Source: Chiloscyllium plagiosum (Eukaryota). From it: 64,000 nucleotides of DNA. How positions within the stretch are numbered: the stretch's first letter is position 1; the number at the start of each line of letters is the position of its first letter. The stretch is taken from assembly GCF_004010195.1 (NCBI RefSeq), contig NC_057719.1:93507072-93571071 (forward strand), in the 5' to 3' direction. The translations under genes and the position numbers were made by a program. Below the pieces are notes generated by a model, which saw only the letters and a list, made by a program, of their open reading frames with translations, did no database searches and was not told where the DNA came from. This document shows positions 27,970 through 39,169 of this stretch, piece after piece.

Positions 27970-28030
27970 ATGAGGACCTATGATGTACTGATGGTTATTC
28001 AAGGTATAGTTGGTATAGTTTGTATTCCTG
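27970..28030 (+). CDS. Candidate first coding exon 1B of the GPR139-like receptor (paralogue of 1A; homology extends upstream to ~27720)
   Basis: The open frame NVPTLDQNLRT...DRSLSEGLYW...MRTYDVLMVIQGIVGIVCIP aligns with exon 1A. It ends G|GTAAAT at 28031 in phase 1. The first in-frame ATG is at 27970, giving 323 aa when joined to exon 2. Confidence 0.6.
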
Positions 28031-30590
28031 GTAAATAATTCTGTCTTTCTATTAAACTGTGTTAAACTGAATTGCTGCTCGCTGTATTTAAAATTTAGAA
28101 AGGTGGAAGTCAATGTTTTCAAATCCAATGAAAATTAATATCCTTATGAATTATAACTAGCAAATTACTCACGAATATGAGGAGGAACCAGGCTGTTATC
28201 AACCTCCACAATTTTCTTTTGTCCTGCACATCATCTTCACTCAGTAACCCTGCCTGTTACCACCACCATGACATCCCAGTAACCTCCTCAGGCTCAGTGC
28301 AACTTCTATGTAAACCATCATGTGTGCCTTTGCTAAATACGGACACAACTTCTCCAAGTCCCTTCTTACCACGTGTCCATTACAGAATAATTGCACGCAA
28401 GAATGTTCAGTTTGATCTCGGCACAGAATCTGTCAGATGGGCAGACAGTCAATGGTGCTCGAGTCATTGACACATAATCCAGAGCCACAAAATAATAATC
28501 TGTTGATATCTCATGAAATAAATTAGGGTAATTGAAATTTAACGATCTGCTTGGCTCATGTACTTTAAAGAAGGAAATGGGCCATCCTTCTCTGGACAGG
28601 TCTCGTTTTGACTGCAAACTCATAGCAATGCGTTTTACTCTTTACTGTCCTGTGGAACAGGTGAACCAGCCTCTCAGTTGAAGACAGGCATAACATGCTG
28701 GCCTGAACAGGGCTGCACATATCCCTCGAAAGAAGAATAAAATTAAAGCAAGGTCACCTCCTGTGCTTGTCTCCCATAATCTTCCATCTTATTTCCATTC
28801 AGGTATGTGACCATTCCCATTTCAAAAGTACTCTTTCTGATTAAGTATCTCCCCAAAAATGATGTTCATCTCCATGGACATCTCTTGGCATGGCTTGTTT
28901 AATGCTGACATACAAATAAAATGAACTGTTAAATTCCATATTAGTGATATTGCATAGAGAAAGAATTGTTTTTTTTGTGATAAGAAAGAAACGGAGACAG
29001 GTAAATGAGCGAAAGGAATTATTGTGATCATTCCTGAGAGTGTTATTGAGGCAGTATTTGGGCTATTGTGGACAGATTTCCTCTCCTTTAAAGGGAATGT
29101 TCCCATTGCAACAGAGACATTGAAAACAATTTCACTAGAGTTATCACTGGGCTGAAGGTACCAGGAGGAGTGAATGAAGGTTAATATGTAACCCTGAGAG
29201 AATAGGAAGCAATTGCACTGAATCTTAACGGTGATAGGCAACCGCTAATTATGTTCTAAACAGACAGAGAGAAGGTGATAAATTCTATGGCTTGTTTTTT
29301 ATTACTCATAATACATGGTTCTAGATACGTAAGTGCTGCTGAGGATGCAATCCTCAGTCAAATTCTGCCTTGATATCAGAGTCAATCACTTTTATCTGAG
29401 CAGTTGGTTCACCTCTTTTGTGAATGTGATTGGACGATGGTGTCTGTCTCTGAAATGATTACTCCTCACAGAGGGAAGCGAATGCTAGCAATTCTCAGGG
29501 CAAGAGAGTTAGGGGATTGACATTACTTGAAGCATGTAAAGACGACCTAGATGGATTTTGACCTGTCAGAGAGCTGAGGGGTGTGAAGAATTGAGAGTTA
29601 AAGCGGAGTTGATTCCAATAGTCCGTCAGCCATAACCTTATACGATGGCGTGAACATCTGAATTACCAACTCCTGTTTCTTTTCTCCTCAAATTTTGTCA
29701 TTGGAAAGTTGTTTGTTGTAATTTTCCTGGAATGATGTTATTAAATATTGAGGTCAGTGAGAGAAAAGTATTTTGTGAGCAATGGGGCGAGATATGGAGC
29801 TGATATTCATCGTGAATCTGGGTCTACAACATTACCCACAAATGAAACACCAGTCGCAGAGAGGAGAAACTCTGTAAAACTACAAAGATAGGAGGCCTTT
29901 TACGTACCTAGCTTGGATTTACCAATCACATTTCCCAAAACACACTAAACCGTGTTGAGGGAGTGAATGATATCCTGTGTTACTGTGGATCAGGTATTTG
30001 GAGCGAGTGGTCTCGATCTGCTGCTGTGCAGGCGGTTATAAGGACTGAATGGAACATAGGAAAATAGGACTGACGAGCAGGAGAGGTCATTAGAAACTTG
30101 TCAATGTTCGACTAGACAGTAAGACTATGGCTGATTTGATTGCGGCCTCCGCAGCACTTGTCTGTAGTTACACAATTTTCCCCATTCACATGTGTGTCAA
30201 GTATTGAACAAACTCTTTTTTTTATTATTAAATGCAGACATCAAGGCACAATACTCGGTAACTGCGCCAAATACTCAGGCAACACAATACTGAAAGGTAA
30301 CAGGCATTTATCTATCAGTCTTGACACCACCCAATTATTTCTGCTGCAGTTTATCATTTTTGACTTTTTTCATGGAATGCGTGTGTTTTTGATTAGACCA
30401 ACATTTATGGACCATGCCTAATTACGCTGTAAGTGGTGGTGTTGAGCTGCCTTCATGGGATGAATCTTCTTGCAAGGAGGTGTCCCATTTGAACAGCCTA
30501 GTGAGAATTTCTCATTCATGTTCTGACCAATGCTGGAGGGTCACTGTTTCTTTTCCAGCCCCACTACTCAATGGGTTACAACAAATCTGA

Positions 30591-30905
30591 AGTGGGTGGC
30601 ACGGTGTCAGTGGGTGGCACTGTGGCACAGTGGTTAGCACTGCTGCCTCACAGCGCCAGAGACCTGGGCTCAATTCCCGCCTCAGGCGTCTCTCTGTTTA
30701 GAGTTTGCACATGCTCCGGCGTGGGTTTCCTCCCACAATCCAAAAATGTGCAGGTTAGGTGAATTGGCCATGCTAAACTGCCCGTAGTGTTAGGTGAAGG
30801 GCTAAATGAAGGGGAATGTGTCTGGGGGGATTACGCTTCAGCGGGTCAGTGTGGACTTGTTGGGACAAAGGGTCTATTTCCACACTGTAAGTAATCTAAT
30901 CTAAC
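30591..30905 (+). mobile_element. HE1/V-SINE-like SINE with duplicated 5' end and an internal deletion
   Basis: A box TGGCACAGTGG, B-box-like GGGCTCAATTCCC, (AATCT)n tail. GTGGGTGGCAC.GTG is repeated at the head. Confidence 0.88.
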
Positions 30906-31174
30906 GTTGATCATTTTTCAGAAAAATGTGAGACATTAGGGTCACGTACACAAACGTACATGTCTTAAGAGCAACAGAATAAAGAGCGCTTTCTAAAGTT
31001 TCTTAATCGTTGAACTCGTATCAAAAGAAAACGTGACAAATTCTTCCATCTGTTATTCTTTCTCTTGACAGGAATTCTGCACGTGTGGTAAAGATGACAC
31101 AGGAAATTTCTGCTCTCACACTTTGCTTTCAGAAGGGACAAAGTAAGAGAAAGGTTGGAAAAGGCTGCTGATTA

Positions 31175-33030
31175 AGACAATAAGATCGTAGGAAATAGGA
31201 ACTGAAACTATGCTATTAAACTAATCGAGTCTGATCTGCCATTCCATCATGGCTGACAAGTTTCTCATTCACAATCTCGTGCTTTCTTCCTACAACACAT
31301 TATCCCTTTAAGACTGAAAACTCTATCTATCTCTATCTTAAATATGCTCAATGCCCTGACCTCTACCGCCTCCTGTGACAACGAATTCCATAGATTCTTC
31401 TCTCTCTGCCCGAAGACGTTTCTCCTTATCTCGATTCTGAAAGGTCTGCACTTTCCTGTTAGTCTGTGTTCTTGGGTCCTAGTCTCTACTGCCAATGGAA
31501 ATATTTTCAACATCCCCTCTGCTCAGGTCATTCAGTATTCTGTATGTTTCAGTTAGACACCCCATTCCCCTAACCTCCATTGATAACAGACCAAGAGTGG
31601 TTAAACTTTGTCATACCTTAACCTTTCAATCCTGGGTCCATTGTCATGAACCTCCTCTGAACCCAGTTCCAAAGCCAGTGTATCCTCCCTGACATACGGG
31701 GATCAAAGGATCGCACAATCCTCCAAATGTCGTCCTGCCAGAGCCTTATAGAGTATCAGACGTGTATCTCTGCTTTTACATTCAAATCCACTTAAAGTAA
31801 ACGACATCATTGCATTTGCAAATTTAATTACTGATGCAACCTGCAAGATTACGTTGAGATAATCCCAGACTAGAATTCCTAAATTCCTTTGCACTCCAGA
31901 TTTCTGAACTTTCTCGCCACCTTTAAAATAATCCATGCCACTAATCTTCCTACAAAGTGCATGTTCACACAATTTCAGAAGTTGTACTCTATCTGCAACT
32001 TCTTCTGCCATTCTCCGAACCTGTCCAAATCCTTCTGCAGCCTCCCTGAATCTTCGACGTTGCCTGTCCCTCTACCTATATTTGTATTATCTTCAAACGT
32101 AGCCAGTATGCCTTCAGTTCCTTAATATAAATCGTTAATGCATCATGTGAAAACTTGTAGTCCTAACACTGAGCCTTGCGTAACATCACCTGAGATGGAT
32201 CCTTCTATCCCCACTCTCTGCTTCCTGCGAGACAGCCAAGCTAATATCCAAGAGAGCCCCTTGCCTCTAACACCATGGGCCCTTACCTTACTCAGTAGCC
32301 TCTTATCGGCACATTGTCAAAGAACTTCTGGAAGTGTGTGTGAATTATATCTATTGGCTCTCCTTATTCTAAGTTGCTCTTCACTTCTTCAAAGAATTAT
32401 AGCGAATTTTGAGGAGTGACCTTCCCTCGATGAAACCATGCAGACTTTGCCATATTTTACCATCCATATTCAGGTCTTCAGAAATCTCATCCTTCACAAT
32501 GGATTCCAAGTTTGTATCAATTGTTTTGAAATTTTCTGCTGTTTGCCTTACTCCATTTTTAAATAGACGTGACAGGTCAGCGACTTTACAGTCCTCTGGG
32601 AATCTCCCAAATTCTAGCAGTTTCTAAAAGATCGCCACTAATGCCTCCACTGTCTAATTCAGCTATCTTCCGTTGAACTCTGAGTTGTAATCCATCTGGT
32701 TCAGATTTACCCACTTTCAGGCCATTCTGTTTTTTCTAGCACCTTCCCCTTTGTGATGTCCACCATCATCTGCTTTGTCCACTCACTCTTTTGAATTTTT
32801 GGCATACTACTCCTGTCTTCCACCGTGAAGACTGACGCAAAGGAATAAGGCATTTCCTCAGCCATTTCCTTACTCTCCACTACTATTTCTCCTATGTCAA
32901 TTTCCAATTACTCATTTACAATGTACCTAATCTTTTGCAATCTTTCTTTACATTACTGGCTTGCTTACACTCATATTTAATCTTGCTACTCCTTATTTCA
33001 TTTTTATTGTTCTCTTTTCGCCTTTGTAAG
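31175..33030 (-). mobile_element. CR1 ORF2 fragment
   Basis: Minus-strand ORFs LYKALAGRHLEDC and FASVFTVED. Confidence 0.8.
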
Positions 33031-33588
33031 TGTTACAGCAAGGTGGTGAACCTTTCTGTTAATTAAACCGAGCACCCAGGAATGCCCAGATCGCCTCGTA
33101 ATTCGTTAAAATATGAGTGACAAGGGAATCCATAAGTTCCACTATTTAAAGAAAACTACATTTTTAATTTAAATGAGAATATTCAGCAACAATTATTCAC
33201 AAATCTAAGTCCCCGTATCTCGTACCTGCTTATTACCTGCTTCCAACTCTATAACAATACGCTGTTCCGATAAGACACTTCTGAAAATTACATCAACTTA
33301 ATGTCAAAACTACACAGCCGCTACCGTCCTCCGTGATGCCACTTTCTGGGTCGTCCTCTTTCTGTTTACTGCGAATTTCTTTCATATGAAAAAGTACCGT
33401 TGATACATAGTGCTGCCCAATTTCTTGGAGAGCAAGATGTTTCATCCAATGGCTTTTTCCGTCTCGATGCCAGCTACTCTCTCTCCAATTTTCAACATGT
33501 CCACATTTTTATATGCACAGCATCAGATCATCTCAATGGTTCAATATTGGCAAAACGATAAATTCCATCACAATTTGATTCTAGTGAC
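33031..33588. mobile_element. Possible solo LTR
   Basis: An ~560-bp non-CR1 block bounded by TGTTAC…GTGACA near-inverted termini. No clear target-site duplication. Confidence 0.35.
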
Positions 33589-35183
33589 AGAGGAGTGAAA
33601 GAATCCCACATGCAAAATTGGGATTGGTGGAGCATGACAGTTTTTCGGGGGTAGCTTCTAATACAGATATACAGTGAGTGTGAGGTAGCAGGGAGAATAC
33701 GGTGATGCTTATCCTGGCAGAGCGGGGAAGGTTACTAATGCTTGGTCTGTATTGCTGGATATTTCTTCAAATGATCTCAGCATCGAGGTACGCCTCACTG
33801 AATGTGTTGCCCACGTCTATCATTAATAGCTTGAAGGCACAAAGAAAACTGGGTGACTCCGAGGCACGAAGAAAGAAAGCTGGGTGACTGTTCTAAAAGG
33901 GAAAATCAGTCAGTGGAGGGTTCCCCTGTGGTCGATCCCCTGGCAAATATGTACACAGTTCTGGATACTGCTGAGGGGGGTGGCTTACCAGGGGTTTGCT
34001 GTGAGGCCTAGGTCTCTGGCACAGAGCCTGTCATTGCTGCACAGAAGGGAAGGAGGGAAAGGGGGAGAGTGTTAGTTATTGGTGACTCAATAGTTAGCAG
34101 CTCAGATGCAAGTTTGTTGGGAATGAACGAGACTCACGTTGGTATGTTGGTTCCCAGGTGACAGGGTCCACGATGTCTCGGATCATATCTTTGTGGTCCT
34201 GAAGGGAGAGGGTGACCATCCTCAAGTCGTGGTTCATGTAGGTAACAAAGACATAGGTAGACAAATGGCAGGGATATAAGATAGGATTTCAGGGAGCTAG
34301 GGTGGAAGCTGAGAGCTAGAATAGAGCTATTACCTCTGGTTTGTTACTCATGCCACGTGATAGTGAGGCAAGGAGTAGGGAGAGATATCAGCTGAACACG
34401 TGGCTACAAGGATGGTGCAGGAGGGAGGGTTTCAAGTACTTTGATATTTAGGGTCATTCTAGGGAAGGTGGGACCTGTTCAAACAGGACGGTCTTCATTT
34501 GAACCAGAGGGGGACTAATATCATGGGTGGGAAATCTGCTGGGTCTACTTGGGTGGGTTCAAACGAGCTCAGCAGGGGGATGGAAACATAAGGTTTAGTT
34601 GCAATGCACAGGAGGATGAGAGTAGCGAGATTCGGGACAGAATTTCAGTGTAACAGGAATTTACTGTCAGACAGCAAACTGGTTGGAAGTGTGTCTGCTT
34701 CAACGCCAGAAGTATAGGAAGTACGAGTAGGTGAGCTTGCAGCATAGATAGGTACCTGGGACTGCGATGTTGTGACCATTTCGGAGATATGGACAGAGCA
34801 GCTTCAGGAATGGATGTTGCATGTTCCAGTGTTCAGATCTTTCATTAAGAACAGGCAAGGTGGTAAAAGAGGGGGAGTTGTGGCCTTGCTGGTCACAGTA
34901 AGTACAACCGTGGCTGAAAGCACTTTTCAGGAGTACATGTGTGCTGAGGTAGCGTGGGCTGACGTGAGAAACGGAAGAGAAGAGGTCACACTGCTTGGAG
35001 TTTTTTATTGGTCTCCGCAGGGTTCGATGGAGGTCGAAGAGACGATTGGTAAAATTATTCTGGGTAGGACTGAAAGGAAGAAGGTGGTCATATGGGGGAC
35101 TCTAACTTTCCCAACATTGATTGGAAATAATATAACTCTAGTAGGTCGGATGGATCAGTTTTTGTCCAATGTGTACAGGAGGG

Positions 35184-35322
35184 TAAAAGCAAATTACTTC
35201 GGAAGCTGGAATCTGAAACCAAAAGAGAAAATTCTGGAAAACCTCAGCAGATCTGGCAACATCTGTAAGGAGAGAAAAGAGCTGACGTTTCGAGTCAAAC
35301 TGACCCTTTGTCAAAGCTGCTT
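35184..35322 (-). mobile_element. Short PLE terminal-repeat unit with hammerhead-like motif inserted into CR1 ORF2
   Basis: Interrupts CR1 'GTACAGGAGGGT / CTGACAC'. Minus strand AGCT-TTGACAA-AGGGTC-AGTTT-GACTC-GAAACGTC-AGCT. Confidence 0.7.
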
Positions 35323-36081
35323 TGTGTATACTGACACATTATGTCGAAGGGTCGACAACAGGGGAGGCCACACTGGAGCTGGTGTTTGGTAATGAAGCAG
35401 GCCATCTGTTTGATTTACTTGTAGGTGAGCACTTAGGAGAGAGTGACCATAATTCAGTTATGTTTGATTTTGCGATGGAAAGGGTTAGGTACATGCCTCA
35501 TGTCAAGAGTTATTGATTGGGCAAGGGCAATTATAATGCGATTAGGCAAGAATTAGAATACATAAAATAGATTAGAAAAATACAGGCGATACAGACAATG
35601 GAAATGTGGAGCTGGTTTAAGCAACAGATGTTGCATGGCCTTGATAGGTATGCCCATTTCAGACAGGGAGGAAATGATAAGTTCAGGGAACCGTGGTATA
35701 TGACAGAAATTTCATCTCTTGGTAAGCAGAAGAAGGAGGCTTCTGTGTTGATGATGCAAAATGGTTCAGATGAGGCGATGGAGAGTTACAGATCAGCTGG
35801 GAAGGATTGAAAGATAGAATTAAGAAGAGCAAAGAGAGGACATGAACAGTCTTTAGCAAATAGAGTAAAGCTTTCTATAGGTTTGTGAGGAATGAAATGA
35901 TGACTAGGGTAGGAATAGGGCCATTCAAAGACAGAAGTGGGAAGCTGAGTGTGGACCCTGGAGATCGGAGAGGTGCAAAACGAAATGTCTCATCGGTTTT
36001 CACTCAGGAAAAGGAAAATATAGTAGAGGAGAAGAAATGTATAAGATATTAGACTAGAAATGTTCGAAGTTAGTTATCAAT

Positions 36082-36346
36082 TTTAGATTTGATTTCTTAC
36101 ATTGTGGAAGCAGTCCCTTCGGCCCATCCAGTCCACACAGAATCTCCGAAGAGCAAGCTACCCAGATACATTACCCTACTTAACCCCTTCATCTAACACT
36201 ACGGGCAATTTAGCATGGCCAATTCGCCAAAACTGCACACATGTTTTGGACTGTGGGAGGAAACTGGAGCACCATGAGGCGGGAATTGATTCCGTGTCTC
36301 TTGCACTGTGAGGCAGCAGTGCTAACCACTGTGCCACTGTGCTGCC
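36082..36346 (-). mobile_element. HE1/V-SINE-like SINE inside CR1
   Basis: Reverse complement of the GGCACAGTGGTTAGCACTGCTGCCTCACAG head and SINE body. Confidence 0.88.
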
Positions 36347-38329
36347 CATTTTAGAAGCAGTGAAAGTAGACAAGTGTCCTGGGATGGATGTGATTCATTT
36401 GAGGATTCTCTGGGAAACGCGCGAGGAGATAGCGGAGCTTTTGACTTTGATATGTGAGTCGACGTTGTCTACAGGTTTAGTACCAGAGGACTGGAGGATT
36501 GCAAATGTTGTGCCCTTGGTCAAAAAGGGCAGTAGAGATGATCCAGGTAATTATAGACCAGTGAGCCTTCTGTTGCACGAAAGGTTTTGGAAAGGAATAT
36601 AAGAGGTAAGATTTATAATCATCTATCAAGCACCAAATTGATTGCAGATAGTCAACATGGTTTCGTCAAGGGCAGGTTATGTCTCACATACCTCATTGCG
36701 TTTTTTGAGAAGGTGACTAAGCATTTAGATGAGGGTAGGGCAGATGACGTAGTGTACACGTGCTTCAGTAAAGCCTTTGATAAGGTTCCGCATGGTAGAC
36801 TGTTGGAGGAAATACAGATGCATGGAATTGAGGTGTATTTAGCAGTTTGGATTAGAAACTGGCTTTCTGAAAGAAGGCAGCGAGTGGCGGTTGATGGAAA
36901 ATGTTCATCTTGGAGTCTGGTTACTAGTGGCATGCCACAAGGATCTGTTTTGGGATCACTGCTGTTTGTCATTTTTATAGATGACTTATATGCAGACATA
37001 GGTGGATGGTTTAGTAAATTTGCAGATGACACTAAAGTCGATGGAGTACTGGACATTTCGGAAGAATGTTACAGGTCGCAGGGGAACTTGGATATCCTGC
37101 AGAATTGGACTGAAAGGGAGCAAATGGAATTCAATGCAGCTAAATATGAGGTGAGTCATTTTGGGAAGAATAACAGGATGGCAGAGTACTGGGTCAATGG
37201 AAACATTCTTGGTAGTGTGGATGTGCAGAGGGATCTTGGAGTCCACGTACATAAATTCCTGAAAGTTTCCACCCAGGTTGATAGTGGTGTTAAAAAAGCA
37301 TACCCCGTGTGTTATGTTTCATTCACAGCGGGATTGAGCTCCGGAACGCAATACCATGCTGCAACTATACAAAAGGCTAGTCCGGCCACACTTGGAATAT
37401 TGTGTACAGTTCTGTTCGCCATATTTCGTGGAGAATGTTGAAGCATTGGAAAAAGGTGCAGAGGAGATTTACCAGGATGTTGCCTAATCTGGAGAGAAGG
37501 ACTTATGGGGAAAGGCTGGGAGTTTTGGGTCTGTTCTACTTGGAAATCAGAATGCTAAGAGGGAATTTGATAGAGACTTACAAAATGATCAGAGGATTAG
37601 ATAGAGTAGACAGTGAACGTATATTTCCTAGGATAATGACATCAGTTTGTACGAGGAGGCATAATTACAAATTGAGGGGTGATAGATTTACGACAGATGC
37701 TAGAGCCAGGTTATTTACTCAGAAAGTGGTAAGGGTATGGAATGCCCTGCCTACCAAGGTAGGTAACTCAGCCACATTAGGGAAATTTAAACAATCCTTG
37801 GATAAGCACAAGGATGATGATATAATAGTGTCGGTGGACGATCAGAGAATAGTTCACAGGTCGGCGCAACATCGAGGGCCGAATGGCCTGTTCTGCGCTG
37901 TATTGTTTGATGTCCTATGTTCTAACAATGCAGACCACGTCCCTCAGCTCCCACAGATTCCGTTTACGTGGTCCTTGCAAATAGCAGGGAGAAACAAATA
38001 TTGGTGCATTATATATCTTGACTAAAACTGTCCTGCAAATGTTCTGCATATTATGCTCTGAAAAATTGATATGCAGTTTTTCTGGGTGCTGCAGTAATAC
38101 TGGATGATCTCAAATTGCATCTAAACTGCATTGACTAAGTGACTACTAATGCTGTCACAAATTACTTCCATTAAGTGTTTATCAGGTAGATTGAACAGTA
38201 TGTTGTGAAAAGAAAATGAAATATAGACCAAGTTATTTCGAATCCGATGTTGAGCGCTTAGAATAACTAAATAATAAACTTGTTCTGAAGCCGTATTTGA
38301 GAAATAGTGCCAATATCTATTGATTTTGC

Positions 38330-39065
38330 ACGGTATCCATTTCCAGTGGTGATGTTATTTCCTGTGATGAAGTACCTTTTCTCAGGATGTGGAAGATGGG
38401 CTCTAACTCGATGTGTTTGTTGATAGAGTTCTGGTTTCAATGCCTTGCTCCTAGGAAGTCTCGTTGTGTCTTTGTTTGGCTTGTCCGAGGATGGAAGTGT
38501 TGTCCCAGTCAATGTGTTGTCCTTCCTCATCTGTATGTGGGAATACTAGTGAGAGAGGGTCATATCTTTTTTGTGGACAGTTGGTGTTCATGTATCCTGG
38601 TGGCTAGTTTTCTGCCTGTTTGTCCAATGTTGTGTTTGGTGCAGTCATTGCACAGTATTTTGTAATTGACTTTAGTTTTGCTCATTGTCTGCATAGAGGT
38701 CTTTTAAGTTTATTAGCTGCTGTTTTAGTGTGTTGGTGGGTATGTGGGTTACCATGATGCCAAAGGGCCTGAGTGGTCTCGCCATCATTTTCAAGCTTTC
38801 TTTGATGTAGGGGACAGTGACTAGGGTTTCTGGACGTGTTTTGTCTGCTTGTTTGGGTTTGTTGCTGAGAAATCGGTGGACTGTGTTCGTTGGGTAGCCA
38901 TCCTTTCAAATACACGGTATAGCTGATATTCCTCAGCTCTGCATAGTTCGTCTTTGCTGCAGTGTGCGTTAGCTCGTTGAAATAATGTTGTGATGCAATT
39001 TCGTTTGTGGATGTTAGGGTGACTGCTTCAATATTTGGTCCGTATCTGCTGTTTTCCTGAAGACA
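38330..39065 (-). mobile_element. PLE fragment (RT C-terminus + GIY-YIG endonuclease)
   Basis: Minus strand encodes KHNIGQTGRKLATRIHEH (38580-38640). Same family as 55620-56225. Confidence 0.8.
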
Positions 39066-39169
39066 CTGGTTTGAAGTTCCCCATTGGCTGTTCGCTGTAC
39101 TGTGACATCCAGAAATGGCAACACATCCATCCTAGGAAAAGCCAAACAGAGTTACACACAAGGCGCATA

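Larger units (their letters stand above)
33840..37925 (+). mobile_element. Near full-length CR1 LINE: ORF1 SGNH esterase, ORF2 APE endonuclease + reverse transcriptase, frameshifted
   Basis: ORF1 motifs LVIGDS (~34072), VVHVGNKDI and DGLHLN. ORF2 motifs KRGGVVALL, PEDWRIANVVPL, KAFDKVPH, GMPQGSVLG, KFADD. Tail …GTCCTATGTTCTA. Confidence 0.93.

Noticed and set aside
30607..30685. tRNA genes at SINE heads (also ~62625-62700)
   Set aside because: The A/B boxes run straight into the SINE body and tail. These are tRNA-derived SINE heads, not cloverleaf tRNA genes.
33840..37925. Active autonomous LINE
   Set aside because: ORF1 and ORF2 are broken by frameshifts, stops and two insertions. The same holds for 60152-64000.
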